Part shown: positions 36,059 through 46,849 of the stretch, one piece after another
Layout of the letters: each line of letters begins with the position of its first letter
How positions within the stretch are numbered: the first letter of the stretch is position 1
Assembly (NCBI GenBank): GCA_964501265.1
Contig: CAZCSK010000008.1
Location: 387-64,386, forward strand
DNA: 64,000 bases
Direction of reading: 5' to 3'
From: an uncultured Actinomycetes bacterium
GTDB lineage: Bacteria > Actinomycetota > CADDZG01 > JAHWKV01
Notes under the pieces: generated by a model
The model's database searches: none
Told to the model about the DNA's origin: nothing
The model's input: only the letters and a program-made list of their open reading frames with translations
Translations under genes and position numbers: made by a program

Positions 36059-39000
36059 TTGCCTAAGAGAAGTGACATTCAATCGATATTGATCATCGGG
36101 TCGGGTCCGATCGTCATCGGACAGGCCTGTGAGTTTGACTACTCCGGCACACAGGCATGCAAGGTGCTTCGTGAGGAGGGGATCCGCGTGATCCTTCTAA
36201 ATTCAAACCCCGCGACGATCATGACCGATCCGGAGTTGACCGACCGAACCTACATCGAACCGATTACGCCCGGTGTAATCGAACAGATAATCGCTGTGGA
36301 GCGCCCGAGCGCTTGCCTACCGACCTTGGGAGGACAGACTGCCCTGAATGCCGCCATCGCGGCGAGCGAGGCGGGGATCTTCGAGGCATACGGGGTTGAA
36401 TTGATCGGCGCCGGGCCCGCCTCCATCCGCATGGCGGAAGATCGAAAGCTCTTTCGTGAGGCGATGATCGACATCGGGCTCGACCTCCCACGCTCCGGGT
36501 TCGCGTATTCATTGGAGGAGGCAAGGAAGGTCGCCGACGAGGTTGGCCTCCCCGCCGTCGTCAGGGCTTCATTCACACTGGGAGGCTCAGGGTCAGGCAT
36601 TGCCCGCACCGGTCAGGAATTCGAGGCCGTAGTAGCAGAGGGTCTTGAACTTTCTCCGATTTCCGAGGTATTGATCGAGGAATCTATCGAGGGTTGGAAA
36701 GAGTTCGAACTCGAGGTGATGCGGGACTACAAGGACAATTTCGTTGTCGTTTGTTCGATCGAAAACTTCGACGCTATGGGAGTCCACACGGGCGACTCGA
36801 TAACCGTGGCTCCGGCGCAAACCTTGACCGATCGCGAGTACCAGTTGATGCGGGATGCTGCCGGAAAAGTGATTCGCAAGATAGGTGTCGACACCGGTGG
36901 GTCGAATATCCAGTTCGCCGTCGAACCGACGACCGGTCGGATGGTTGTGATCGAGATGAACCCCAGGGTGTCGCGCTCCTCCGCGCTTGCCTCGAAAGCA
37001 ACAGGTTTTCCGATTGCGAAAATAGCTGCAAAACTTGCCATCGGCTACACGCTCGACGAAATAGCCAACGACATCACTTTGAAAACCCCGGCTTCATTTG
37101 AACCGTCTATCGACTACGTGGTGGTGAAAATTCCCCGGTGGGCGTTTGAAAAGTTTCCGGAGGCCGAGCCGCTGCTCACCACGAAAATGAAATCGGTCGG
37201 CGAGGTCATGTCGATCGGACGGACCTTCCCTGAGGCCCTTCAAAAGGCACTCCGTTCACTGGAAATTGACAGGTTCGGGTTAGGGGCCGGCGGCCGCGGG
37301 GGGTTCGGGGGGGTAACTGATGACGAATTGCTGCAGCGCCTCAAATCCCCTCGGGAAGACAGGCTGTTTCTGATCGACGAGGCTTTGGGAAGAGGAATCG
37401 GCGTAGATCGAGTGGCTCAGGCGACATCGGTTGATCCGTGGTTCATCGATCAAATGCAATTAATCGCATCCGCAAAGGAAGAACTGCGAGCCGCTCCCGA
37501 GTTAGACCACCATGCGATGCGCAAGGCGAAGAGGATGGGCTTCTCGGACCATCAAATCGGGTGGTTAAGGGGCTCCGACGAACAGCAGATTCGGCGAGAC
37601 AGGATTGCGATGGGCCTGACTCCGACTTTCAAGACCGTTGACACATGCGCGGCCGAGTTCGACGCTTACACCCCGTACTACTACTCAACGTACGAGGATG
37701 AGGACGAAACATTCACAACCGAGCGGCAAAGTGTAGTCATACTCGGTTCCGGCCCGAACCGCATCGGGCAGGGACTCGAATTCGACTACTGCTGCGTGCA
37801 CGCTGCCCTTGCGGTGCGAGCCGCAGGCTACGACGCCATCATGATCAACTGCAATCCGGAGACGGTCTCTACTGACTACGACATATCAACGCGCCTCTAC
37901 TTCGAGCCGCTGACATTTGAAGACGTCATGAACATCGTCGAGCGCGAGAAGCCCTTGGGAGTGATTGTGTCACTCGGCGGCCAGACTCCCCTAAAACTTG
38001 CCGTTCCACTCGAGCGGGCCGGAGTGAAGATTCTCGGAACTTCGCCGGACTCGATCGATGCAGCCGAAGATCGGGGACGGTTTACCGAACTTCTTTCTGC
38101 TCTTGAAATCGCTCAGGCCCCTGGACGCGTTGCGTCGTCAGCTGAAGAGGCCTTGCAGATAACTGGCGAGATCGGGTATCCGGTACTCGTGCGCCCCTCA
38201 TACGTGCTGGGGGGGCGTGCCATGGAAATCGTCTACAACGACGAAATGCTCGCCCTCTATATCGAAAATGCAGTTCAGGTATCACCCGATCATCCGGTGC
38301 TCATCGATCGATTCTTGGAGGGCGCGATTGAGGTCGACGTGGATGCGGTATCCGACGGAGTCGACGTTTATATCGGCGGGATAATGGAGCACATCGAGGA
38401 GGCGGGTATCCACTCCGGTGATTCGGCCTGCGTGCTGCCGCCGTTTTCGATCGGTATTGGAAAACTTCGAAGAATCGCCGAAGCCACCGAGCGTCTGGCG
38501 AAAGCCCTCGCAGTCGTCGGTCTGATCAACGTACAGTTTGCAATCAAGGAGGAGGAGATCTACTGCCTGGAAGTCAATCCCCGTGCTTCACGAACGGTGC
38601 CTTTCGTCGGCAAGGTGACCGGGATTCCTCTGGCGAAAGTAGCGGTTAGCGCGATTTTGGGCCAAAAGTTGGTCGACATGGCCCCAATTGATTCCGGGGG
38701 GTTCGCAGCTTCTGGCGCGCCGGAGTCGGTGACTGGGACCGCTGCTACCCCCCCGAGCCCCCCCATCTTGCCACCCAAGCCCGCCTCGGGTCCGTGGTGG
38801 TCAATCGACAAGCTGAATCACGTGGGAGTGAAAGAGGCGGTGCTTCCATTCGCGCGGTTTCCTGGCGTCGACATAATCTTGGGGCCGGAAATGAAGTCCA
38901 CGGGAGAGGTGATGGGCATAGATCGGGAATTGGGCGCCGCGTTCGCCAAGGCCCAATCCGGAGGAGGTTTTGCGTTGCCAGGCAAGGGGACGGTCTTCAT

Positions 39001-39376
39001 TTCGGTCGCCGACAAAGACAAACGCGCTATCGTCTTTCCCGCGAAACGCCTGTCGGATTTGGGTTTTGAGATCCTCGCTACCGAAGGGACCGCCGATGTT
39101 CTGCGGAAATCCGGCGTGCCGGTTGCGTCCGTGCGCAAACATTCAGAAGGATCACCCAACATCGTCGAAGCGATAACCGCAGGCGAAGTGGATCTTGTGG
39201 TCAATACACCGTTCGGCCGGGGGGCGCGCTCTGACGGGTACTACATTAGGACGGCCGCTCTCGCAAAAGACATTCCATGTATCACCACGCTTGCAGGCAT
39301 ACAGGCGGCCGTGCAGGGGATCGAGGCGCAGCGCGGAGGCCTGAGCGTTCGCTGCTTGCAGGAGTACCTCGCTTGA
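36059..39376 (+). CDS. carB: Carbamoyl-phosphate synthase large subunit (carries two in-frame palindromic-repeat-derived insertions)
   Basis: Duplicated ATP-grasp halves and MGS-like domain. N-terminus (L)[21 protein letters not shown] with a TTG start. Confidence 0.9.
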   Translation: MPKRSDIQSILIIGSGPIVIGQACEFDYSGTQACKVLREEGIRVILLNSNPATIMTDPELTDRTYIEPITPGVIEQIIAVERPSACLPTLGGQTALNAAIAASEAGIFEAYGVELIGAGPASIRMAEDRKLFREAMIDIGLDLPRSGFAYSLEEARKVADEVGLPAVVRASFTLGGSGSGIARTGQEFEAVVAEGLELSPISEVLIEESIEGWKEFELEVMRDYKDNFVVVCSIENFDAMGVHTGDSITVAPAQTLTDREYQLMRDAAGKVIRKIGVDTGGSNIQFAVEPTTGRMVVIEMNPRVSRSSALASKATGFPIAKIAAKLAIGYTLDEIANDITLKTPASFEPSIDYVVVKIPRWAFEKFPEAEPLLTTKMKSVGEVMSIGRTFPEALQKALRSLEIDRFGLGAGGRGGFGGVTDDELLQRLKSPREDRLFLIDEALGRGIGVDRVAQATSVDPWFIDQMQLIASAKEELRAAPELDHHAMRKAKRMGFSDHQIGWLRGSDEQQIRRDRIAMGLTPTFKTVDTCAAEFDAYTPYYYSTYEDEDETFTTERQSVVILGSGPNRIGQGLEFDYCCVHAALAVRAAGYDAIMINCNPETVSTDYDISTRLYFEPLTFEDVMNIVEREKPLGVIVSLGGQTPLKLAVPLERAGVKILGTSPDSIDAAEDRGRFTELLSALEIAQAPGRVASSAEEALQITGEIGYPVLVRPSYVLGGRAMEIVYNDEMLALYIENAVQVSPDHPVLIDRFLEGAIEVDVDAVSDGVDVYIGGIMEHIEEAGIHSGDSACVLPPFSIGIGKLRRIAEATERLAKALAVVGLINVQFAIKEEEIYCLEVNPRASRTVPFVGKVTGIPLAKVAVSAILGQKLVDMAPIDSGGFAASGAPESVTGTAATPPSPPILPPKPASGPWWSIDKLNHVGVKEAVLPFARFPGVDIILGPEMKSTGEVMGIDRELGAAFAKAQSGGGFALPGKGTVFISVADKDKRAIVFPAKRLSDLGFEILATEGTADVLRKSGVPVASVRKHSEGSPNIVEAITAGEVDLVVNTPFGRGARSDGYYIRTAALAKDIPCITTLAGIQAAVQGIEAQRGGLSVRCLQEYLA
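37298..37315 (+). repeat. Solo 18-bp terminal fragment of the repeat family (reverse orientation) in frame inside carB
   Basis: GGGGGGTTCGGGGGGGTA equals the reverse complement of the right end TACCCCCCCGAACCCCCC. Encodes GGFGGV. Confidence 0.65.
38696..38764 (+). repeat. Palindromic repeat family, 69-bp copy in frame inside carB
   Basis: GGGGGGTTCGCAGCTTCTGGCGCGCCGGAGTCGGTGACTGGGACCGCTGCTACCCCCCCGAGCCCCCC. Encodes [23 protein letters not shown]. Confidence 0.85.
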
Positions 39377-40218
39377 TCCAGCAACTCGGCGAAGTGTTTT
39401 CGTACAAGAAACTTGGCGACGAGTATCACGTACTCTCAATCGTCGCGCCGGAGATCGCTGAGGCCGCGAAGCCCGGTCAGTTCGTAAACCTGCGCCCCAA
39501 CCCGGGCCGCGACTTCATCTTAAGAAGGCCGTTCTCGATATACCGCGTGAACAGAAGAGGAGATTGGGCGGCCACGATCGAAATTTTGTTCGACATACGT
39601 GGGCCGGGCTCCGATGCATTGGCTCGTCTGCGACAGCACGATGCCATCGACCTCATCGGCCCGATCGGGCGGGGCTTTACAATCCCACGCAAGCAGCGGT
39701 CATGTCTGTTGGTGGGCGGAGGAGTAGGCGCCGTTCCGTTGTTTTTTCTTGCTGAGGAGCTGAGAGCTGCCGAGAAACGAGTTGACGTTCTTTGGGGGGC
39801 GGCTCACGCTGGCCGTTTGGTCAATCCCATCGACGCGAAGAGGTTGGGGGCATCATCGGCGTTTTGCACCGACGACGGAAGCGAAGGCCATCACGGCCTC
39901 GTCACCGATCTATTGCCCGAGATGATCGAGAAATGCGGGACGGAAGTGGTCTATGCATGCGGCCCCGACAGGATGCTCGCCGCAGTCAGCCGGATCGCCA
40001 CCAAACTGCGCGTGCCGGTGCAAGTTGCAACCGAGGCTCTTATGGGCTGTGGCATTGGGATTTGTATGACTTGCGTACAGCCAATATGGAACCGCGAAGG
40101 GACCGACATCATGCACGTACGGACGTGCGTCGACGGGCCGGTGTTCAACGGCGCGCGCATTGCCTGGGACGCGCATGCGCCCAAGGCTTCTGCCCAAGTC
40201 GCGCCGCCAGGGAACTGA
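39373..40218 (+). CDS. pyrK: Dihydroorotate dehydrogenase electron-transfer subunit PyrK
   Basis: FAD/NAD-binding fold and C-terminal 2Fe-2S ligands [12 protein letters not shown] start overlaps the carB stop. Confidence 0.8.
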   Translation: MIQQLGEVFSYKKLGDEYHVLSIVAPEIAEAAKPGQFVNLRPNPGRDFILRRPFSIYRVNRRGDWAATIEILFDIRGPGSDALARLRQHDAIDLIGPIGRGFTIPRKQRSCLLVGGGVGAVPLFFLAEELRAAEKRVDVLWGAAHAGRLVNPIDAKRLGASSAFCTDDGSEGHHGLVTDLLPEMIEKCGTEVVYACGPDRMLAAVSRIATKLRVPVQVATEALMGCGIGICMTCVQPIWNREGTDIMHVRTCVDGPVFNGARIAWDAHAPKASAQVAPPGN

Positions 40219-40220
40219 CA

Positions 40221-41141
40221 ATGAGTGCTGACATCTCTGTAGACTTGGCCGGAGTCCGGCTTCGAAGCCCCGTCGTGACCGCATCGGGCTGTTTTGCTTC
40301 AGGACGCGAAGTGTCGGAGTTTATTGATCTGCGAAAGATCGGCGCAGTTGTGGTTAAGTCGATGACGATCGAGCCCTGGCCTGGCAAGCCGACTCCGCGT
40401 ATGGCCGAGACGCCGTCGGGAATGCTGAACGCGATCGGTCTTCAGAACAAGGGAGTGCAGCATTTCCTGGCGGAGGACCTTCCGTGGCTAAATAAAATGA
40501 AGGTTCCGGTGATCGCCTCGATCGCTGGCAACACGGTCCAGGAGTTTATACAAGTGGCGGAATGGTTGCGACAGGCACCTGGTGTGATTGCGATTGAAAT
40601 CAACATCTCATGCCCGAACCTGGCCGACCGCAACAACATGTTTGCCCATGATCCCAGTGCCACGGCGTCCGTTGTGGGCGCAGTCAGAAGGGTTAGCGGT
40701 GTTCCGGTATTTGCAAAACTCTCCCCGAACGTCACGAGCATCACCGAGATCGCAGGCGCGGCCCTCGATGCAGGAGCCGACGGACTGAGTCTTATCAATA
40801 CACTTCTCGGAATGGCGATCGACATAGAAAAGGCTCGGCCAAAACTCGCGGGGGTGATGGGCGGCCTGTCGGGACCGGCCATCCGTCCGGTCGCGGTAAG
40901 AGCAGTGTTCGAAGTCCACCGGGCGTTCCCGGATGTTCCGATTATCGGAATGGGAGGCATCATGGATCACCGCGACGCCATCGAGTTCATCATGGCAGGC
41001 GCAACAGCGGTGGCGATCGGTACGGCCAACTTCATCGACCCCGGCGTTACGGTTGCTGTCTCAGAGGGGATCGGCCGTTTCTTGGAAACTAAAGGCGTGC
41101 GAAATCTAGAGGCGCTCCGAGGGCAGGTGAAGGTGGAATGA
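40221..41141 (+). CDS. pyrD: Dihydroorotate dehydrogenase catalytic subunit (class 1B)
   Basis: TIM-barrel DHODH motifs (VTASGCF, IEINISCPN, GGI..). Confidence 0.85.
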   Translation: MSADISVDLAGVRLRSPVVTASGCFASGREVSEFIDLRKIGAVVVKSMTIEPWPGKPTPRMAETPSGMLNAIGLQNKGVQHFLAEDLPWLNKMKVPVIASIAGNTVQEFIQVAEWLRQAPGVIAIEINISCPNLADRNNMFAHDPSATASVVGAVRRVSGVPVFAKLSPNVTSITEIAGAALDAGADGLSLINTLLGMAIDIEKARPKLAGVMGGLSGPAIRPVAVRAVFEVHRAFPDVPIIGMGGIMDHRDAIEFIMAGATAVAIGTANFIDPGVTVAVSEGIGRFLETKGVRNLEALRGQVKVE

Positions 41142-41830
41142 GGACGACCGGACTGATCGTCGCGCTGGACGATCCTGATCTTCCCAAAGCCGAGGCCCTC
41201 GCGCGCAAACTGTCGGGACGCGTAGCGGCCTTCAAAGTGGGCCCGATTCTCTTCAACTCTTACGGCCCCGAGGCGATCATGGAGATCGGACAGCACGGCC
41301 CCATCTTTTGCGATCTCAAGCTCCACGACATTCCGAACACTGTTGGGGCAGCAGCATTGGAGCTGACCCGGCAGGGAGTGTGGATGTTCACGGTCCATGC
41401 GTCCGGTGGGGCCCCGATGATCGCAGTAGCGGTGGACGCCGCCGCAACTCGTTCGCCCTCGCCGCTGATAGCTGCGGTAACGGTGTTGACGAGTCTTTCG
41501 GAAACCGATCTGGAGGCCGTGGGGCAGCACGGGCCACCGCAAGATCAGGTGATGCGACTGGCGCGCCTTTCGGTGACGGCTGGCGCCACCGCGCTGGTGT
41601 GCTCCGCCAAAGAGGCTGCGATGTTACGCGAGACACTCGGCTCTGAGATTGTTTTGGTGACCCCCGGAGTCCGGCCGTCAGGTGTGGATTCGGGGGATCA
41701 GGCGCGCGTCGGAACTCCCGCTAAGGCCCGAGACGCTGGAGCCGACTACGTCGTCGTAGGGCGGCCGATAACTGCAGACCCGGATCCGGCCCGCGCCGTC
41801 GAACGAGTTCTTGCGGAGTTGTCCTTATGA
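41138..41830 (+). CDS. pyrF: Orotidine 5'-phosphate decarboxylase
   Basis: IVALD..., DLKLHDIPNT catalytic motif. Confidence 0.85.
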   Translation: MRTTGLIVALDDPDLPKAEALARKLSGRVAAFKVGPILFNSYGPEAIMEIGQHGPIFCDLKLHDIPNTVGAAALELTRQGVWMFTVHASGGAPMIAVAVDAAATRSPSPLIAAVTVLTSLSETDLEAVGQHGPPQDQVMRLARLSVTAGATALVCSAKEAAMLRETLGSEIVLVTPGVRPSGVDSGDQARVGTPAKARDAGADYVVVGRPITADPDPARAVERVLAELSL

Positions 41831-42393
41831 CGTCGGATGAAGTGATTGCGCTGTTGACGGAAATCGGCGCCATCTCAATGGGGCATTTCGTGCTTAGTTC
41901 GGGGCGGCATTCCGACTTTTACGTCGAGAAGTTCAGGGCCTTCGAGAGGCCCCAAGCTGCGATGCGTCTTGGGGACGCCATTGCGGAAAAGTTTCAAGAC
42001 GACAACATCGACGTCGTCCTGGCGCCTGCGGTCGGGGGCATAATCCTCGGATTCGCAACCGCTCACGCCCTAGGTGCCCGGTCGATCTTTGCTGAGCGCG
42101 AAGGCGGAGTAGTGACTCTGCGACGGGGGTTTCTCATCTATCCGGACGAGAAGGTACTTGTGGTCGAGGACATCATTACGACGGGAAAATCCTTACGAGA
42201 GATTTTGCCGCTAGCCGCACCCGGGGACCTCGCAGGGATCGGCGCTTTGTTAGACCGATCCATCGGAGGCGAAGAGTGGCCCGTCCGGTTTGAAAGTCTT
42301 AGTACTCTAGATGTCGTCTCTTGGCCAGCCGACGATTGCCCGCTGTGCGCGAAGGGAGTGCCAACAGCGGCCCCCGGTAGCCGGCATTTGTAG
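41827..42393 (+). CDS. pyrE: Orotate phosphoribosyltransferase
   Basis: PRTase motif VLVVEDIITTGKS and the HFVLSSGRHS orotate-binding region. Confidence 0.85.
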   Translation: MTSDEVIALLTEIGAISMGHFVLSSGRHSDFYVEKFRAFERPQAAMRLGDAIAEKFQDDNIDVVLAPAVGGIILGFATAHALGARSIFAEREGGVVTLRRGFLIYPDEKVLVVEDIITTGKSLREILPLAAPGDLAGIGALLDRSIGGEEWPVRFESLSTLDVVSWPADDCPLCAKGVPTAAPGSRHL

Positions 42394-42425
42394 CCCGCCC
42401 ATCACGATGACAAGATTTTAGAGCG

Positions 42426-43976
42426 GTGAGCACTACAGGAAAAACAAGAGGGATTCGACATTTCCGGAGATACGTCGCGCTCGCGCTTTTGGCCGTGGCT
42501 GCGGCGCTGGCAGTTCTTCTTCCGTCCGCTCTCACCGGCCCGCAATCCGAAAAAGCACCCGAGCAAACAAGTGCACCAAAGCAAAACCCGCCCTCTCACA
42601 AGCTATGTGTCGGGAGCCCTCCACTTCAAACAGAAGATCCGCTATCGCCGCCCTGCGTTGCCTTCTTCGATGGTGACAATTTTGGCGCCACAACTAAGGG
42701 CGTAACCAGGGGCGAAGTCACCGTGGTCTTGTTCAGCGTCAACGGGCCGGAGGGTCAGTTCATAGACTGCGCGCTCGACCCCGATCTTAAGGACAGCGCG
42801 ATAGACCTTGGGTGCAAGGCCTACATGCGGTACTTCAACGAGCGCTACCAGACTTATGGGCGCAAAGTCCACATGTGGCAGTTCTACGCTTCAAGGACTT
42901 CTACTGCCAAAGCAAAGGCCGCAGCCATCGAGATGGACAGCAAGAAGAATCCTTTCGCGGAGGTCGGGGACGGCAGGAATGCGACTAGTGCACTTGATGA
43001 GGAAAACGCGAGTCGGAAAATCCTAACCACAGTATTCCCCGGAGTCCTTCGAAAACGTCAACAGGAGTCCGCCCCTTTCCTCATTACTTTCAAACCGGAC
43101 TACGAGGACCAATCCAGCATCGTAGCGAGCTACGTCTGTTTGAAGCTTGCGGGGCAGGCGGCAAGGTATGCGGGCCCGGGCACCAACCAGACCGACCCTC
43201 GCCGATTCGCCTTCTATGGGCTCGATAAGGACTTCCAAGAGCGCTTGAATGCTCAACTGCAGAATCAATGCGATCTCAAGGTCACCATCTCCGAAGACCT
43301 TTCATTGGTCGGACCTGCGCCTGCGACGCGGATGCGGGGGGCGGGGGTGACGACCGCCATCGTGTTCGGGGGAGGCAGCGACAACATAAGCCAGGCGACG
43401 ACCGGTGCGACTGAAGCAGGCTGGTTTCCAGAGTGGTTCATCGCTGGAAGCAACTTCACATACTCGACGGACTCAGACTCCGCGGCCCGCAACTTCGAAC
43501 CGACCCAATGGTCGCATGCATTCGGTGTCAGCTTTGACTATCGGCGCAAGGGGTTCGTCGAGCAGCCTTGGTATCAAGCTTATCGAGAGGCCTGCCCCAG
43601 CTGCCCCGAGCCCGATCGCGAGGCTTCGGCCGTCTACGACTCGCTCGCCATGCTCTTTTACGGTATTCAGGCAGCCGGTCCCCGTCTCACCGCTGAGAAT
43701 CTGGACAAGGGGATGCATGCGATTCCGCCCAATGGGAGTTCGACACCGTACAAGCCGGCTGCCTACTTCTCGCCGGGAAATTTCTCCTACGTAAAGGACG
43801 GCATGGAGATCTGGTGGGATGCGAGCGCCCAGGCGCCAGGTGAGGCCGGGCTCGGCTGCTATCGACTGACCAACGGGGGTCAGAGGTTTAGATTAGGAGA
43901 GTGGCTTTCGGGCGACCATAACTTGAAGCAACCCGACTCCCCGTGCCAGGGGTCCACCGCGGCGGGCCCGCGCTAG
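42426..43976 (+). CDS. Secreted hypothetical protein (periplasmic-binding-protein-like)
   Basis: Signal peptide (LALLAVAAALAVLL), Pro-rich linker, ~450 aa mature domain. No catalytic motif recognised. Confidence 0.45.
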   Translation: MSTTGKTRGIRHFRRYVALALLAVAAALAVLLPSALTGPQSEKAPEQTSAPKQNPPSHKLCVGSPPLQTEDPLSPPCVAFFDGDNFGATTKGVTRGEVTVVLFSVNGPEGQFIDCALDPDLKDSAIDLGCKAYMRYFNERYQTYGRKVHMWQFYASRTSTAKAKAAAIEMDSKKNPFAEVGDGRNATSALDEENASRKILTTVFPGVLRKRQQESAPFLITFKPDYEDQSSIVASYVCLKLAGQAARYAGPGTNQTDPRRFAFYGLDKDFQERLNAQLQNQCDLKVTISEDLSLVGPAPATRMRGAGVTTAIVFGGGSDNISQATTGATEAGWFPEWFIAGSNFTYSTDSDSAARNFEPTQWSHAFGVSFDYRRKGFVEQPWYQAYREACPSCPEPDREASAVYDSLAMLFYGIQAAGPRLTAENLDKGMHAIPPNGSSTPYKPAAYFSPGNFSYVKDGMEIWWDASAQAPGEAGLGCYRLTNGGQRFRLGEWLSGDHNLKQPDSPCQGSTAAGPR

Positions 43977-43996
43977 GGGATGCTCCTGCCTCCCGT

Positions 43997-44002
43997 ATAA
44001 TC
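43997..44002 (+). promoter_or_regulatory. Candidate -10 element (TATAAT) giving near-leaderless mihF transcript
   Basis: Perfect TATAAT ending 9 nt upstream of the mihF ATG. Confidence 0.35.
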
Positions 44003-44011
44003 GACCCCCCA

Positions 44012-44329
44012 ATGCCACTGCCCCCGCAACTTACCGACCAGCAGCGCCGCGATGCGCTTGCTAAGGCCGCCGAGGCCCGCCGCAAGCGGGCAGCAATCAA
44101 GGAGGATCTGCGTGCGGGCCGAACAAACCTTGCATCTTTGGTAGAGCGATCTGACGACGAGTTCGTAGGCAAACTCAAAGTCTCCTCAGTCCTTGAAGCG
44201 TTGCCCGGTGTTGGTAAGATCCGCGCCCGCAAAATCATGGAGAGGCTTGAGATTTCGGAATCGCGGCGCATCCGTGGTCTCGGCAGTAAGCAGAAAAAGG
44301 CCCTACTAGCGGAGTTTGGTGCAAGATAG
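44012..44329 (+). CDS. mihF: Actinobacterial integration host factor mIHF
   Basis: PPQLTDQQRRDALAKAAEARRKRA...GKLKVSSVLEALPGVGKIRARKIMERLEI matches the mIHF family. Conserved mihF-gmk-rpoZ synteny. Confidence 0.8.
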   Translation: MPLPPQLTDQQRRDALAKAAEARRKRAAIKEDLRAGRTNLASLVERSDDEFVGKLKVSSVLEALPGVGKIRARKIMERLEISESRRIRGLGSKQKKALLAEFGAR

Positions 44330-44895
44330 CCCGCCCTCGACTTTTCATCATTTCAGGTCCCTCCGGCGCCGGTAAAGGCACCGTCATCCAGGGGGTCCTC
44401 GCTCTACGGCCAGATATCAAACTTTCAGTTTCAGCTACAACCCGTCCGGCGCGCTCGATGGAGATACACGGCGTGCATTACGACTTTGTATCTAATCGAG
44501 ACTTTGCGCTGATGCGCGAGAGGGGAGAGTTTCTGGAGTGGGCGGAGGTCCACGGCAATTTTTACGGGACCCCTCGGGCGGAAGTGGAGCGTCAACTCGC
44601 CGGCGGCCAGGATGTCATTTTGGAGATCGACGTTCAAGGGGCCGTCCAGGCCAAAGCGGCCATTCCAGACGCGTTCTTGATATTTGTTGAGCCTCCCTCG
44701 ATGCAGATCCTCCGCCAACGGCTCCGGGACCGAAAAACCGAGTCGCAGGAGGCGATGGACCGCCGGGTATCCGACGCTCACGAGGAACTCAGGCGTAAGA
44801 ATCTCTACGACGGAGTGGTCGTGAACTTAGATGTCGGTCGGGCGGTCGAAGAGATGTTAAGTTTGATGGACCAACTGAAAGAGAGAGACGGTTGA
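44326..44895 (+). CDS. gmk: Guanylate kinase (start codon not canonical/uncertain)
   Basis: RLFIISGPSGAGKGT P-loop is encoded upstream of the first ATG. No in-frame ATG/GTG/TTG between the upstream stop at 44287 and the P-loop. Confidence 0.75.
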   Translation: MARPRLFIISGPSGAGKGTVIQGVLALRPDIKLSVSATTRPARSMEIHGVHYDFVSNRDFALMRERGEFLEWAEVHGNFYGTPRAEVERQLAGGQDVILEIDVQGAVQAKAAIPDAFLIFVEPPSMQILRQRLRDRKTESQEAMDRRVSDAHEELRRKNLYDGVVVNLDVGRAVEEMLSLMDQLKERDG

Positions 44896-45146
44896 TATAT
44901 CCAAAGATTGAAGACTTCACCGACAAGGTGGATAGCCGCTACACATTGGTTGTGCTCGCCGCAAAGCGAGCCCGGCAGATCAATGCCTACTACGCTCAGC
45001 TCGGCCAGGGGGTAAGGGAGTTTGTGCCGCCCCAGGTTTCGAGTCTCGCCGAGAACGCCAAGGCGCTTTCGATCGCGCTGGAAGAGATCGGCGCCGGCAA
45101 GTTTTCCTGGGACCGTCCGCCGGAGGTTGAGACCCGGGTCAAGTAG
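44892..45146 (+). CDS. rpoZ: DNA-directed RNA polymerase omega subunit
   Basis: SRYTLVVLAAKRARQIN, the RpoZ signature. Confidence 0.8.
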   Translation: MIYPKIEDFTDKVDSRYTLVVLAAKRARQINAYYAQLGQGVREFVPPQVSSLAENAKALSIALEEIGAGKFSWDRPPEVETRVK

Positions 45147-46387
45147 TGCTTGCCAACGTCGCCGGCAAACGTATCGCCCTCGGAGTTTGCGGGGGCATCG
45201 CGGCATACAAAGTAGTCGAGGTGGCGCGGGAACTGACGCAAGCGGGGGCGGATGTTTGCGTCGTTATGTCGCCATCCGCAACCAACTTCGTCGGTGCTAT
45301 CACTTTTTCAACCTTGACCGCGAATCCGGTCCGTACGGATCTTTTTCCGGACGAAGCCCCATCCCAGATTCCCCACACCGACCTTGGCCGCACATCCGAC
45401 CTGGTTGTGATCGCTCCGGCCACGGCGAAAACGATGGCCAAATTCGCGCAAGGAATCTCAGACGACTTGATGTCGGCTCTGCTGCTTTCCGCCGCATGTC
45501 CAATTTTGATGGCGCCGGCGATGCACACCGAGATGTGGGAGAATGAGGCTACGCAGTCCAACATCGATACGCTGCGTGCGCGGGGAGTGACGTTCGTCGG
45601 CCCCGAGTCGGGGGCGCTTGCCGGGCCTGATGTGGGCGTCGGCAGGCTCGCCGAGCCCACCACGATTCTGCAGGCGATCGACGATGAGCTTCGCAAACGC
45701 GAGGAGTTGTCGGGAGTGAATGTGATCGTCACCGCTGGGGGCACGCAAGAGCCCATCGATGCGGTGCGGTTTATCGGCAATCGCTCGTCCGGGCTGATGG
45801 GATACGAAATTGCCCGAAGTGCAATAAGAAGGGGAGCAAAGGTAACGCTCATCACCGGGCCGAGTCATCTGACCCCGCCGGCAGCTGCGGAGGTGATCGC
45901 GATCAGCACCGCAGCCGAGATGCGCGACGCCGTCGCCGGGGTAGCCGATCGCGCCGAGGTCCTCATCATGGCCGCGGCGGTTTCCGATTGGGCACCTGTT
46001 GCACCGGCGGGCGGCAAGTTGAAGAAGGCCGAAGGCCCCCCACCGGTTGCCCTTGAGGCGACTGTCGACGTCCTGGCAGAGGTGGGCCAGATGCGGGCGG
46101 AGGGCCGCCTCCCAGGCCTGCGGGCGCTCGTGGGCTTCTGCGCAGAAACCTCGGACCTCCCCGCCCATGCCAAAGCGAAGCTCGCGTCCAAGCAAGCCGA
46201 TTTGATGATTGCGAACTTAGTTGGCCAACCCGACTCTGGATTCGACGCGCCCACCAACCAGGCAGTGATCTCCGATGCATTGGGCGCCGAAGAACTGCCG
46301 ATGATGCCAAAGCGGTTGCTCGCCGATTTGATTCTCGACCGAGTGGCCCGGTTGCTCCAGGCAGGCACCCCTTCAGATTCCAGGTGA
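45146..46387 (+). CDS. coaBC: Bifunctional phosphopantothenoylcysteine decarboxylase / phosphopantothenate-cysteine ligase
   Basis: N-terminal flavoprotein motif (GVCGGIAAYK, PAMHTEMW). C-terminal CoaB domain. Confidence 0.85.
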   Translation: MLANVAGKRIALGVCGGIAAYKVVEVARELTQAGADVCVVMSPSATNFVGAITFSTLTANPVRTDLFPDEAPSQIPHTDLGRTSDLVVIAPATAKTMAKFAQGISDDLMSALLLSAACPILMAPAMHTEMWENEATQSNIDTLRARGVTFVGPESGALAGPDVGVGRLAEPTTILQAIDDELRKREELSGVNVIVTAGGTQEPIDAVRFIGNRSSGLMGYEIARSAIRRGAKVTLITGPSHLTPPAAAEVIAISTAAEMRDAVAGVADRAEVLIMAAAVSDWAPVAPAGGKLKKAEGPPPVALEATVDVLAEVGQMRAEGRLPGLRALVGFCAETSDLPAHAKAKLASKQADLMIANLVGQPDSGFDAPTNQAVISDALGAEELPMMPKRLLADLILDRVARLLQAGTPSDSR

Positions 46388-46451
46388 AAGAGTCGATTAT
46401 CCAAGAGGGGCCTTGGTTCTCCGGTAGGCTAAAGGTTCTACTTGGGGGATT

Positions 46452-46475
46452 GGAATAGTCAGAATCGACTATTCC
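46452..46475. promoter_or_regulatory. Perfect 9-bp inverted repeat GGAATAGTC-N6-GACTATTCC between coaBC and flp
   Basis: Seen directly in the sequence. Could be an operator in the flp promoter region or the coaBC terminator stem (T-rich tract follows). Confidence 0.35.
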
Positions 46476-46549
46476 AAGTATCTCTTTTGCGGCCGCATTA
46501 TGTACTAAGGATTTGGATATGGCGTCAGGGACGCCGAAAGGGGACAGAA

Positions 46550-46756
46550 ATGGATTTGATCGAGCGAGTGGTGCTCGCGGTGTGCGGATTTGGTACCCAT
46601 TTGAGACAGCGTCTCGCCGCCGAAGAAGGTGCGACGGCAGTTGAGTATGGGCTCTTGGTAGCGCTGATAGCAGCCGTAATCATCGCGACTGTTGGTTTTT
46701 TGGGTACGGAAATAAATGATGCGTTCCAGACGATCCTAACCGAGTTGACTAACTGA
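46550..46756 (+). CDS. flp: Flp-family type IVb pilin
   Basis: Prepilin motif EEGATAVEYGLLVALIAAVI (G/A cleavage site, conserved EY). 68 aa. Confidence 0.8.
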   Translation: MDLIERVVLAVCGFGTHLRQRLAAEEGATAVEYGLLVALIAAVIIATVGFLGTEINDAFQTILTELTN

Positions 46757-46849
46757 CCTTTGCTACCACCTAGATTGGCAAAGTTGTTCTGAGAGGACGA
46801 TCGTGGCCACGACCCGGCGGCCGAAGCTCGGACGAACGTATTCGAAAGT

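Noticed and set aside
43321-43350. GGGGGGCGGGGGTGA run inside the secreted-protein gene
   Set aside because: No flanking repeat-family sequence. It is simply a Gly-rich codon run.
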